NCBI GenBank assembly: GCA_964544935.1
Contig: CAZJDZ010000003.1
Span: 24,568-88,567 of the forward strand
Source: an uncultured Candidatus Saccharibacteria bacterium
Lineage (GTDB): Bacteria > Patescibacteriota > Minisyncoccia > Phycocordibacterales > UBA5272
DNA: 64,000 nucleotides
Direction of reading: 5' to 3'
Below, one piece after another: positions 38,230-46,594 of this stretch. The notes under the pieces were generated by a model. That model saw nothing but the letters and a program-made list of their open reading frames with translations. It had not been told where the DNA came from and searched no databases. The first letter of the stretch is position 1; each line of letters opens with the position of its first letter. A program made the translations under genes and the position numbers.

Positions 38230-38498
38230 GATTTATTTTCTCCTTGTGGATAGTTGGGCTATTATATCACGGTTATTCAAGATTATCAAGCCATGGCAGA
38301 TTGTTTTAAATTAGTTTTGTATGGAATGAAAAAGCCCCAACCACAGGATGTGGTTGGGGCCGCCATAGAGGCTTGATTTACTGTATGTCGCTTAACGGAG
38401 ACCCTCTCCGTCGGACGTATACAGTATAGCATATTGATAAACTTTGTCAATGCCTAAAAAATAGCCTTAGTTAAGGCTATTTTTTAGGCATACATGCT
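38230..38498 (-). promoter_or_regulatory. structured infC-rpmI intergenic leader (candidate L20 autoregulatory element) containing a perfect 20-bp palindrome
   Basis: AATGCCTAAAAAATAGCCTTA-GT-TAAGGCTATTTTTTAGGCAT at 38449-38491. Second hairpin CCCCAACCACA-GGAT-TGTGGTTGGGG at 38335-38359. The intergenic region is unusually long at about 280 nt. Confidence 0.35.
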
Positions 38499-39011
38499 TT
38501 ATTTCGCCTTTTCAATCACCACCATCATCGATTTAGGGATTTTCTTGAGGGGCTCAGCGATCTTGTATTCTGCAGGGATAACTGCGAGGATTCGATCCAT
38601 TCGTTCACGGAGGAATTTCTCATCCATGTACTTGGTTCTTCCTTTTAGTTGTAAGTCGATCTTCACACGGTGGCCTTCGTTAATCCATTCTGCTGCTTTC
38701 TTGGCTTTGATCATGATGTCGTTCTCACTGATTGAAACACTGATCTGGATTGTTTTTGTTTCAGTTGTGTGAGACTTTGCTTTTACTTCTTTTAATTTCT
38801 TTGAAGTTTCGTAGGTATATTTACCATAATCAGCAATACGAGCAACAGGGGGGTCTGCTTGAGGGGATACTTCGATGAGATCAAGGTTGACTGCTTTTGC
38901 AGCTGCAAGAGCCTCTTCTTTTGTAAGTACTCCTAAATTATCTCCAGTGTGTCCAATAACACGAAGTTTCGGCGAGCGAATATTATTATTGATGTTTACT
39001 TTTTCTGCCAA
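38499..39011 (-). CDS. infC: translation initiation factor IF-3
   Basis: RVIGHTGDNLGVLTKEEALAAAKAVNLDLIEVSPQADPPVARIADYGKYTYE is canonical IF-3. 170 aa. Confidence 0.9.
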   Translation of the reverse strand: MAEKVNINNNIRSPKLRVIGHTGDNLGVLTKEEALAAAKAVNLDLIEVSPQADPPVARIADYGKYTYETSKKLKEVKAKSHTTETKTIQISVSISENDIMIKAKKAAEWINEGHRVKIDLQLKGRTKYMDEKFLRERMDRILAVIPAEYKIAEPLKKIPKSMMVVIEKAK

Positions 39012-39077
39012 GGGGTTTATTACCTATACAATACCATGAAAAAGTAAGAAAAGCAAAATAATATAAACAGCATACAC

Positions 39078-40022
39078 TTACCCTTCTTGTCGCAATGTAA
39101 GAGAAATTCTCTCTTCTGTAATATTTTGAACACCATGCACGGGGCGGATATTTTCATGATTAAATCCTGGTGCCCTCATGAAAAGAATGTCACCTGGTTT
39201 TGTGGTAACAATATTTTTATCATCACCTTCTCGGTTAGATGTTACATAGAATTCTCCTTCACCTTCTATGACACAGATAATGATTATATTTTTAAATCTA
39301 CTTTCGTCTTTGTGTGGGCTGATTCCGGTTAAATGTATTGGGTAGACTTGCGCTGAGATTTCATTAAAGGAAAGAGGGGTAGGGAATAGGTTAGGATGTG
39401 TAGAATTTGTCTTTGTCAGAAGTTGTTCTAATTCACCAGAAAGTTTCCAGAGAATTGATTCTTTTGAAAAGTCTCTAAAGTAACTGAAATTTTGCTCGAC
39501 ATCATATGGTCCTGAATATGTTTCAGCATTGTGAAAAGGAAGGTTGGTTAACTCTTCTTTAATACGAGAAAGTGTATCCTTTGAAAGAAGATGCAACTTT
39601 GCTACACCATCTTTCTTTATTGTTTCTATAAGCTGGTCACTTTCATGCTGCTGTACAGGAAGAAGAAATGCTTTTTCTTGCGATCTTCGTATAATGACCC
39701 CAGGTAAACCAATATCAAACGCATCAAGTTTCTTAATGCTCACTTCACAAGCTTGTATATCTTTATGTTTAAGAATACATGTTGAAATATCTTCCGCTAA
39801 AGATTCTACAAGGTTATGATGTTCACCTTCAATAATTTCTTGTACGGATTCTTGTATTTTTTTGTAATCAATCGTGTGAAAGAGGTTGTCACTCTTGCCT
39901 GCCTTTTGTGTTTCGGTATCCATTTTCAATTCAACCAAGAAACGTTGTGGAGTGATATGCTCTTGTTCGTAGACACCATGAACTCCAGAGTAAATGAGAT
40001 TTTCTATGATAATTGTATCCAT
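39078..40022 (-). CDS. fusion protein: dihydroneopterin aldolase (FolB)-like N-terminal domain plus cupin / 2OG-Fe(II) oxygenase-like C-terminal domain
   Basis: N-terminal 120 aa: IIIENLIYSGVHGVYEQEHITPQRFLVELKM...FHTIDYKKI...LVESLAEDI matches FolB/tunnel-fold. C-terminal about 190 aa: H-x-D (HKDESR), the beta-rich ICVIEGEGEFYV...KPGDILFM and a distal His (NHENIRPVHG), typical of cupin metal sites. Confidence 0.55.
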   Translation of the reverse strand: MDTIIIENLIYSGVHGVYEQEHITPQRFLVELKMDTETQKAGKSDNLFHTIDYKKIQESVQEIIEGEHHNLVESLAEDISTCILKHKDIQACEVSIKKLDAFDIGLPGVIIRRSQEKAFLLPVQQHESDQLIETIKKDGVAKLHLLSKDTLSRIKEELTNLPFHNAETYSGPYDVEQNFSYFRDFSKESILWKLSGELEQLLTKTNSTHPNLFPTPLSFNEISAQVYPIHLTGISPHKDESRFKNIIIICVIEGEGEFYVTSNREGDDKNIVTTKPGDILFMRAPGFNHENIRPVHGVQNITEERISLTLRQEG

Positions 40023-40161
40023 ACTAAATTAAGGCATTAGGCCAATAATGTTGTGTAAGTATAGATAGGGTTAGATCATAGGTGTATGAATATTGAATTA
40101 TATAGTTGAGTGTATAAAGAGATGAACCAGTTGTCAAAATAAAGTAGCTTGCCAATACCCA

Positions 40162-40962
40162 TTATTTCTTTGGTGGTAGTGGAATAAATGCACTTGTCTT
40201 TTGCTTGTACTCTTCCCACTCACTATTTCCTTCCCATTTTTTCTCGAGCATCGGAATTCCAGAAACATAGAGTAGTAGATAGGTAATTAGGAAAGGTGAG
40301 AGTAGTACTGCGTATGACGCACCGGATGCAAGTGCTATGAAACTAAGGCCGAACCACATAGTTGATTCGCCAAAATAATTTGGATGGCGTGTATATTTCC
40401 AAAGACCAGTCTTCATGATTGTCCCTTTGTGAGTACTTTTACTTTTGATAAATCTATCAAGCTGCTTGTCTCCTGTTGCTTCAAAGAAGAAACCAATAAA
40501 CCAAACCACTAGACCAAAAAGAAGAGTGTGTGTGCCTGCTCCTTGAGCACTTAAGCTTAGTGTAAAAGGAAGGAGTACTATACTGATAATCAATCCTTGA
40601 AGAATAAATATTTGGAGATAGGTACGAGCAAGGTAGTATTTGTAGCCTTTACGCATCCACGTATTCCTCCATGTTGCATATCTAAAATCTTCTGGCTTCC
40701 CTTTGTTTTTGTTATAAATTCTCGTTGCCAAGCGTGTTCCCCATAGTGTGATGAGGGTAAAAATAATAATTGAATACGGAGTAAGAGGGAGGGGGCTGAA
40801 TTTATTCATAAGAATAATACTTACAATAATAAATCCAAGCCCATACGCAATATCAATAATACTGTTATTCTTTTTTACTTGTGCGATAAAAAAGAGGACA
40901 GTTGTATATCCAAGAGTAATAATGAGAGAAAAGATGTAGAGAGCAATAGTGAGAACTGTCAT
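40162..40962 (-). CDS. DUF1295 / ICMT-like membrane protein (steroid-reductase/methyltransferase-like fold)
   Basis: Multi-TM. Signature GLWKYTRHPNYFGESTMWFG (the RHPNYFGE block of DUF1295/ICMT-like families). Confidence 0.55.
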   Translation of the reverse strand: MTVLTIALYIFSLIITLGYTTVLFFIAQVKKNNSIIDIAYGLGFIIVSIILMNKFSPLPLTPYSIIIFTLITLWGTRLATRIYNKNKGKPEDFRYATWRNTWMRKGYKYYLARTYLQIFILQGLIISIVLLPFTLSLSAQGAGTHTLLFGLVVWFIGFFFEATGDKQLDRFIKSKSTHKGTIMKTGLWKYTRHPNYFGESTMWFGLSFIALASGASYAVLLSPFLITYLLLYVSGIPMLEKKWEGNSEWEEYKQKTSAFIPLPPKK

Positions 40963-41260
40963 AAGAAAAAGTATACCAGAGGGGAAGAAGGGGGTGTTGA
41001 TAGGAAAAATAAAATGCCTTGAAGTTGCTTCTAAGTGAGTAACTTCACCTGATGTGTATTCTCTCTATCCAAACAATAGTAGAAAACAGGATATATAAGG
41101 CTTTAATCATGCTAAAAGGCCTTTAAAAACAAGCAAATAAAGGGGAAAATAGATTGACAAACTAGTATAAATATGCTATGATATATACATCATAAACCTC
41201 GAGCCAAACTTGATTTGGCCAGTAGGTCAATGAAGCTTGCTCTTTTACAGGAGAACAGAA

Positions 41261-41737
41261 ATGCGCGCGTCAAATTTCAAGCAGTTCAAGAAGGGTCTGC
41301 AACGCCAGATCGTCAATTTCTCGATCGAAGCCGACAGAGATGTTGGTGACGATGAGTTCGAACCCCCAATCTATCGCCATTCGGCGGCAGAAATTCTGGT
41401 CTGGATCCTCGACAAGAAGGGGGTCACACTGCGTAACCACCAACTCGTCGAAGCGTGGAGGTCCATCGTCAGCAAGTGCTGGAACCTGGTGGACTTCACA
41501 TCTTTTGGCGAGAACGATGCTTTGCGCATCCTTTCGGAAATTAACCACTGGATGAAGCGGTCACCTCGCATCACTGCACAGGTGAGGCGCACAGACCGAC
41601 GTGGTAAGCGCAATGCCAACAACCAGTTTTGGAATGGGCAATTGCTTCGCCCTGAAGCACGGGTCATGTCTGATACGAACGGGCACACTGTTGTTGTTCC
41701 TCGTGTCACCAGAATTCGCCGAGTTGCTACGGCTTGA
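41261..41737 (+). CDS. hypothetical protein, first gene of a GC-rich (about 52%) islet next to ssrA
   Basis: SD AGGAGA 8 nt upstream of the ATG at 41261 (the track ORF starts earlier at 41237). Basic Arg-rich C-terminus. No recognised motif. Confidence 0.4.
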   Translation: MRASNFKQFKKGLQRQIVNFSIEADRDVGDDEFEPPIYRHSAAEILVWILDKKGVTLRNHQLVEAWRSIVSKCWNLVDFTSFGENDALRILSEINHWMKRSPRITAQVRRTDRRGKRNANNQFWNGQLLRPEARVMSDTNGHTVVVPRVTRIRRVATA

Positions 41738-41771
41738 AGGAAGTAACACAAAACTGCTAAGGAGATCGTCA

Positions 41772-42191
41772 ATGAACATGATTCGTTCCAAGTTACAGAC
41801 AACTATTATCCCTCCCTCGGAGATCTATTTTCCAAAAGACACACTGCCACTCATGGATACATTGGGTGTAAGTGAGTATGAGGAAGTGGCTGCCAACTTC
41901 GTGGCATGCAGCCAAGATACTGGCGAGCACGGTGGTTGGATTGCTTTTGTCTATCCATGTCGCCGTGAAGATTCTTCTATCTTCATGTCGATGGTTGAGG
42001 TGGGTCTCCTCAATGAACAACAGGTTGAAGATGGTTGGCTGTACGAGCTGAGCCATGTTGCAATTGAGACAATCTATATGCGTCAGACGAAGTCTCGTAT
42101 CAGAAATCTCGAAGAGGAACTCTGTCGTATGCAAAGGATTACTTTTGGTCAGTATCTCAGCAGATGGTTCAAGGGCCTCATTCCTGCCTGA
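41772..42191 (+). CDS. hypothetical protein, second gene of the GC-rich islet next to ssrA
   Basis: SD AGGAGA before ATG 41772 (track ORF 41601-42191 in the same frame). 140 aa. No recognised motif. Confidence 0.4.
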   Translation: MNMIRSKLQTTIIPPSEIYFPKDTLPLMDTLGVSEYEEVAANFVACSQDTGEHGGWIAFVYPCRREDSSIFMSMVEVGLLNEQQVEDGWLYELSHVAIETIYMRQTKSRIRNLEEELCRMQRITFGQYLSRWFKGLIPA

Positions 42192-42448
42192 ACATCGCCC
42201 CGTCAACGGAAGCACCGTTTCGACGGGGCTTTCTTTTTGCTTATAATACAAAATAGTGTGGTCGGAACCGCGAGTACGTTCCCGATTTCTTAGATTGCTC
42301 CCGACTTTTTAAGCTGTACTCAGCTTGTTAAAGTCGCAGTCCTGGTGAGGGTAGTCAACTAAAGATTTCGCGACCCTGTATTCGAGCGCCTCACGGTGTG
42401 ATTTGCTAATCATCCGCACGAACATGACGCATGAGGTGAGCGGAATCG

Positions 42449-42514
42449 GTCACAAATCTGCCTCGCTTTGCTCGAAGCAGATTCCCGACCCGCATTCGAT
42501 TCCGCCGAAAGCCA
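42449..42514. repeat. nested inverted-repeat structure just beyond the tmRNA 3' end, including a 12-nt inverted copy of the tmRNA T-arm/acceptor sequence
   Basis: GCGGAATCG (42449-42457) pairs with CGATTCCGC (42506-42514). Inner stem AATCTGC/GCAGATT. TTCGATTCCGCC here is the inverted copy of the same 12-mer at the tmRNA 3' end (42601-42612, other strand). Confidence 0.4.
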
Positions 42515-42548
42515 AGCAGTTGGCTTTCTCCTATTCCTCACAGTCAAT

Positions 42549-42583
42549 AAAAAAAACCAAGACAAGAAGTCTTGGTTTTTTTA
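42549..42583. terminator. terminator hairpin immediately 3' of tmRNA
   Basis: AAAAAAACCAAGAC-AAGAA-GTCTTGGTTTTTTT, A/T-flanked on both sides. Confidence 0.6.
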
Positions 42584-42589
42584 TTGATG

Positions 42590-42978
42590 TGGAGGTGGGC
42601 GGAATCGAACCGCCGTGTAACAAGGTATGAGGCATGCGTCTACTGTGTGTAGTTTGCTTAAAGATGTTCACATTCATTATCAAGAGCAAACGAAAGCAAT
42701 GAATGTAGAGCATGTTTATTTCGGGTATGTTGCTATGCAACAACATACCCTACGTCTGCTGTTATATTGCCGTTACTTTTTCCGCAGATACGAAAGAGTA
42801 CGACACCAGATCGGCCTAAATTTAGGCGAATGCTGGAACTAGACCAAACGCGTATGGCGATGGAATAGCCTTGCCAGTTGTTTTTGCAACATGGTTACCT
42901 GAAAGGGCACGAGTTCTCAGGTGATCTCGACACAGCACATACAACATATTCTTATTATCGAATCCATAGAACACCCCC
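42590..42978 (-). ncRNA. ssrA: tmRNA (ssrA), one-piece
   Basis: Minus strand 5' GGGGGUGUUCUAUGGAUUCGAU... (compare GGGGCUGAUUCUGGAUUCGAC in E. coli). 3' end ...GGCGGUUCGAUUCCGCCCACCUCCA: T-arm plus acceptor complementary to the 5' GGGGGUG. Internal tag-like reading frame ...GCAAAAACAACTGGC...GCATTCGCCTAA (AKTTGKAIPSPYAFGLVPAFA*). smpB lies 90 nt upstream. Confidence 0.8.
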
Positions 42979-43067
42979 ATATGGACAGCTAGTAGTAGAT
43001 AGCTTTCAGCTTGTAGCTTTTGGGTCCGTTTGTATTTGACCCATAGCTACAATCTACAGGCTACGAG

Positions 43068-43502
43068 CTAATCGCTAGCTCGCAGTTCTCTACGAGATAT
43101 GTCTTTTTTAATGTCTTCTCGTTTGTCGCGAGTGCTTTTCTTTTTACAGAACGCAATCTCACACTTGATGAGATTATTCTTAAGATACAGTGAATGAGGT
43201 GCAAGTGTCAAGGATTTCGCTTGCTCAATAGTATAGAGATCAAAAAGCTCTTCTTTGTTAAGGAGGAGTCTGCGGGTCCTGTAGGGGTCATAGCTTTTTG
43301 GAGTATTACTTGCTTGATACGGAGGAATATATGACCCAACAAGAAATGCTTCACCTCCGCGGACGATTACTTTTGCGCCTTCAAGTGAACCAAGTTTCTT
43401 GCGAAGCGCTTTTACTTCGAAACCAAAAAGCTCAATACCTGCTTCTTTGGCATTTGTGATGACATACGTGAGATGGAGTTTTTTGCTTTCAACAAGTCGC
43501 AT
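43068..43502 (-). CDS. smpB: SsrA-binding protein SmpB
   Basis: ITNAKEAGIELFGFEVKALRKKLGSLEGAKV...YDPYRTRRLLLNKEE...LTLAPHSLYLKNN matches SmpB blocks. Confidence 0.85.
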   Translation of the reverse strand: MRLVESKKLHLTYVITNAKEAGIELFGFEVKALRKKLGSLEGAKVIVRGGEAFLVGSYIPPYQASNTPKSYDPYRTRRLLLNKEELFDLYTIEQAKSLTLAPHSLYLKNNLIKCEIAFCKKKSTRDKREDIKKDISRRELRASD

Positions 43503-43617
43503 ACAAGAGAAAATAGAAGATAGAGTAGAGAATGTAGAAAAATACTTTATATTTAAACACCTTTCTATCTTCTTTTTTCTATACTCTTCTTATTCTAGCA
43601 TATGGTAGAATGGTCAG

Positions 43618-45525
43618 ATGAAAAAGATGAAATTACCAACTATTGGAAGAAATAATAACAAGCAGTCCTCTCAAGGGAGTGATATAAAGTCTGAGAAAAA
43701 GCCAGCAAGCTTCTCACAGCAATTAACTGGAGCGCTTATCATTCTCATGTTCCTCACATGGGGTTATTCGATTGTTTCTGGGAAGAAAGAAACATCGATG
43801 GTTCCGCTTTCAGAATTTGCAGCACTCATCAATGCAGAGCAGATTGTCTCAGTTACAGTAGAAGGGGATTCTTTGACTGGAGAAAAAATCGATAAAACAA
43901 AAATAACAAGTAAGAAAGAATCTGGTGCCTCAGTGTTCTCAACACTTGCTGCATACGGAGTAAGTACAACAACACTTGCAACAACAACTATTACGATTAG
44001 TAATGATAGAGGACTTTCATTCTGGGGGTCGCTTATTCCGATTGTGCTCCCGATACTTTTCCTCGCATTCATGATTTGGTGGCTTGGTCGTGGTATCAAA
44101 GGTGCTAATGTGCAAGCACTTTCCTTTGGCCAGTCTCGAGCAAAGATTATTTACCCAGATGACACAAAAGAAAAAGTAACCTTCAAAGATGTTGCTGGAG
44201 CAAAAGAAGCAAAGGAAGAGCTTGCAGAAATTGTTGAGTTCCTCCGTGCTCCAAAGAAGTTTACTGATATCGGCGCACAGATTCCAAAAGGAGTGCTCTT
44301 GATGGGTGCACCAGGAACAGGGAAGACTATGCTTGCCAGAGCTGTAGCAGGTGAGGCAGGGGTGCCGTTCTTCCACTTGTCGGGGTCAGAGTTTGAAGAA
44401 ATGTTCGTAGGAGTTGGAGCATCTCGTGTGCGTGATCTTTTTGATATGGCAAAGAAGGCTGCACCTGCAATTATTTTCATTGATGAAATTGACGCAGTAG
44501 GAAGAACTCGCGCTACATCTATCAGTGGGCAAGGAGAAGGCCGTGAGCAGACACTCAATCAGATTCTTGTGGAGATGGATGGATTTGAGCCAACAATGAA
44601 TCTCATTGTTATGGCTGCAACCAATAGACCAGATGTACTTGATAAGGCACTTCTTCGACCTGGGAGATTCGATCGTCGTGTGACACTTGATCTTCCTGAC
44701 AGAGCTGATCGCGAAGCGATTCTCTCCGTACACGTGAAGACTAAGCCACTTGCAGAAGATGTTAATCTCCGTGTCATCGCAGAGCGTACTCCTGGGTTCT
44801 CTGGTGCTGATCTCTACTCACTCATGAATGAAAGTGCTATCTTGGCTGCTCGTGAAGAACGTAAGACTGTAGCACAGTACGACCTCATCCGCTCTATTGA
44901 AAAGGTGATGCTCGGTCCTGAACGAAAGAGTCATGTGCTTTCACCAAAAGAAAAGAAAATCACTGCTTATCACGAAGCAGGTCACGCTCTTGTTGCATCA
45001 TGTTTAGCAGACGCTGATCCGGTGCACAAGATTTCTATTATTGCTCGTGGTTCTGCAGGAGGGTACACGCTCAAACTTCCTCTTGATGAGAGACGGCTTA
45101 TGAGTCGGGCGACATTCTTGGATGACATCGCTATGTCACTTGGTGGATATGTTGCAGAAAAAGAAGTTTTTGGTGATATCACTACAGGTCCATCAAATGA
45201 TCTTGAAGTTGCGACAGGTATGGCTCGTCAGATGGTGATGCGTTACGGTATGAGTACTCTTGGTCCAGTTGCCTTCCTTCCAGAGAATGGAAATATTTCT
45301 GGAAAAGAATACAGTGAAGTCTATGGAGAAAAGATTGATGATGAAGTAAAGCGTATAATGGATGAAGCATGGAATCGTGCGCGTATCATTATCATAGAAA
45401 AACGTCAGGCGCTGATGTCAATTGCAGAAGAACTCATGCGTGTTGAAAATATCGAACGAGAGGATTTTGAAAAGCTACTTATTCTTAATGGTATAGAACC
45501 AAAAAAACGAGAGGAAATTATTTAG
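43618..45525 (+). CDS. ftsH: ATP-dependent zinc metalloprotease FtsH
   Basis: N-terminal TM pair. Walker A GAPGTGKT. Second region of homology. Zinc site HEAGHAL. 635 aa. Confidence 0.95.
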   Translation: MKKMKLPTIGRNNNKQSSQGSDIKSEKKPASFSQQLTGALIILMFLTWGYSIVSGKKETSMVPLSEFAALINAEQIVSVTVEGDSLTGEKIDKTKITSKKESGASVFSTLAAYGVSTTTLATTTITISNDRGLSFWGSLIPIVLPILFLAFMIWWLGRGIKGANVQALSFGQSRAKIIYPDDTKEKVTFKDVAGAKEAKEELAEIVEFLRAPKKFTDIGAQIPKGVLLMGAPGTGKTMLARAVAGEAGVPFFHLSGSEFEEMFVGVGASRVRDLFDMAKKAAPAIIFIDEIDAVGRTRATSISGQGEGREQTLNQILVEMDGFEPTMNLIVMAATNRPDVLDKALLRPGRFDRRVTLDLPDRADREAILSVHVKTKPLAEDVNLRVIAERTPGFSGADLYSLMNESAILAAREERKTVAQYDLIRSIEKVMLGPERKSHVLSPKEKKITAYHEAGHALVASCLADADPVHKISIIARGSAGGYTLKLPLDERRLMSRATFLDDIAMSLGGYVAEKEVFGDITTGPSNDLEVATGMARQMVMRYGMSTLGPVAFLPENGNISGKEYSEVYGEKIDDEVKRIMDEAWNRARIIIIEKRQALMSIAEELMRVENIEREDFEKLLILNGIEPKKREEII

Positions 45526-45537
45526 AAATAATTTAAT

Positions 45538-45570
45538 CAAAGAGTGGCCGTACGGCCGCTCTTTGATTTG
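45538..45570 (+). terminator. terminator after ftsH (CGTACG-loop family)
   Basis: AAAGAGTGGC-CGTACG-GCCGCTCTTTGATTT. Confidence 0.55.
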
Positions 45571-45648
45571 GTGGTATTAGTATTGCAGTAATACAAAAAG
45601 TTTACAATCAGAAGACAAAAATGATAGTGTAAGAAAGTTACTTGTTCT

Positions 45649-46260
45649 TTGTTTACAAAGGGAACAGATATGAAACCTTCTCAAGAAATCAAAGCATGTA
45701 TTTTAGTTGGTGCAGACAAAGTTGCGATTGCAAGACTTGTCCCACGCCTTGTTATGAGTGTCCCTGGTTATAAGGCGAATCAAAAGTACATTGGACGAGT
45801 CGCATCATTGTGTGATACTGCTACGCTCATCGCATACGCTCGCGCAACAGCGGCTAGGGTGAAGTTTTTTGTGATTGTGCACGAATCTTTAGCTGAAATA
45901 CAAAGGAACAAAATATCTCTTGATGCGAACGCAATGAGTAGACAGCATGAGTTTTTTCCATTGTGTACACCTGGTGCCAACTGGCAAACATTTCTATATC
46001 ACCCAGACACGTCGCAAGGGAAGATGTATGTTTGGGAAAAATATGTCCAGTCTGGGTGGACTCTCGGCGATCCTAGAAATGGAGTGGATGTAGCTTGTAA
46101 ATGGTTTTCATTTGTCACTAGTACAGAAGATACCCTACTGGTGACAGAGAGCAAAGAAGTTGTAAGTCTTCCTGACATGTATCCAGGACATATTCAGGAG
46201 CTTTCAGAAACGGTTATCAGGGCTCGACTTCAAGAGTTCTATATGGGTAAACATGCATAA
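45649..46260 (+). CDS. hypothetical protein
   Basis: 203 aa with own SD and terminator. No recognised motif. Confidence 0.4.
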   Translation: MFTKGTDMKPSQEIKACILVGADKVAIARLVPRLVMSVPGYKANQKYIGRVASLCDTATLIAYARATAARVKFFVIVHESLAEIQRNKISLDANAMSRQHEFFPLCTPGANWQTFLYHPDTSQGKMYVWEKYVQSGWTLGDPRNGVDVACKWFSFVTSTEDTLLVTESKEVVSLPDMYPGHIQELSETVIRARLQEFYMGKHA

Positions 46261-46280
46261 AAGATTGGTTTAGAAACACC

Positions 46281-46307
46281 AAAAAGCGGCCGTACGGCCG
46301 CTTTTTT
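46281..46307 (+). terminator. terminator (CGTACG-loop family)
   Basis: AAAAAGCGGC-CGTACG-GCCGCTTTTTT: perfect stem, the same loop as the ftsH terminator. Confidence 0.6.
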
Positions 46308-46408
46308 ACAATCAATTATATTTTGGTGCATTTACATGGACTAAGAATCTATTGTCCAGCCGTGCATACTGACCGTATTAAAACTGCTCTCAAAGAAAAT
46401 GTTCTAAG

Positions 46409-46481
46409 TGCGCCCACCTGGACTCGAACCAGGGACCAGTCGTGTATAAGACGACGGCTCTACCAACTGAGCTATGGGCGC
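46409..46481 (-). tRNA. tRNA-Ile with anticodon UAU
   Basis: Minus strand GCGCCCA-TA-GCTC-AGTTGGTA-GAGC-C-GTCGT-CTTATAC-ACGAC-TGGTC-CCTGG-TTCGAGT-CCAGG-TGGGCGC-A. Full cloverleaf. Anticodon loop CU-UAU-AC. 73 nt. CCA not encoded. Confidence 0.8.
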
Positions 46482-46509
46482 ACTTAATCCATTTTCTTTT
46501 CGCTTGTTT

Positions 46510-46560
46510 TAATAAGACGACACCTCTACCAACTGCGGCATATGACGCAATTGGGTGCGT
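46510..46560 (-). pseudogene. degenerate partial copy of the 5' half of the adjacent tRNA gene
   Basis: ATAAGACGACacCTCTACCAACTGcGgca.TATG....GGGTGCG compared with the tRNA's ATAAGACGACggCTCTACCAACTGaGc.TATG.GGCGCA. Same orientation, about 30 nt from the intact gene's 5' end. Confidence 0.4.
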
Positions 46561-46594
46561 AAACTATAGCAAAAATCAGGAGATTTTTCCACCT

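Noticed and set aside
41237-42590. Classical integrase-mediated genomic island or prophage at ssrA
   Set aside because: No integrase, excisionase or phage genes are present. The only repeat of the tmRNA terminus is inverted and only 12 nt, not a direct att duplication. It was kept as a lower-confidence finding without a mobile-element call.
42403-42842. ORFs 42403-42630 (+), 42531-42746 (-), 42627-42842 (+) in the ssrA region
   Set aside because: These are open frames running through the tmRNA gene and its terminator. The region is explained by the RNA gene.
44017-44777. Antisense ORFs (111-135 aa) overlapping ftsH
   Set aside because: They are fully embedded in a highly conserved, unambiguous FtsH coding sequence, and there are no independent signals.
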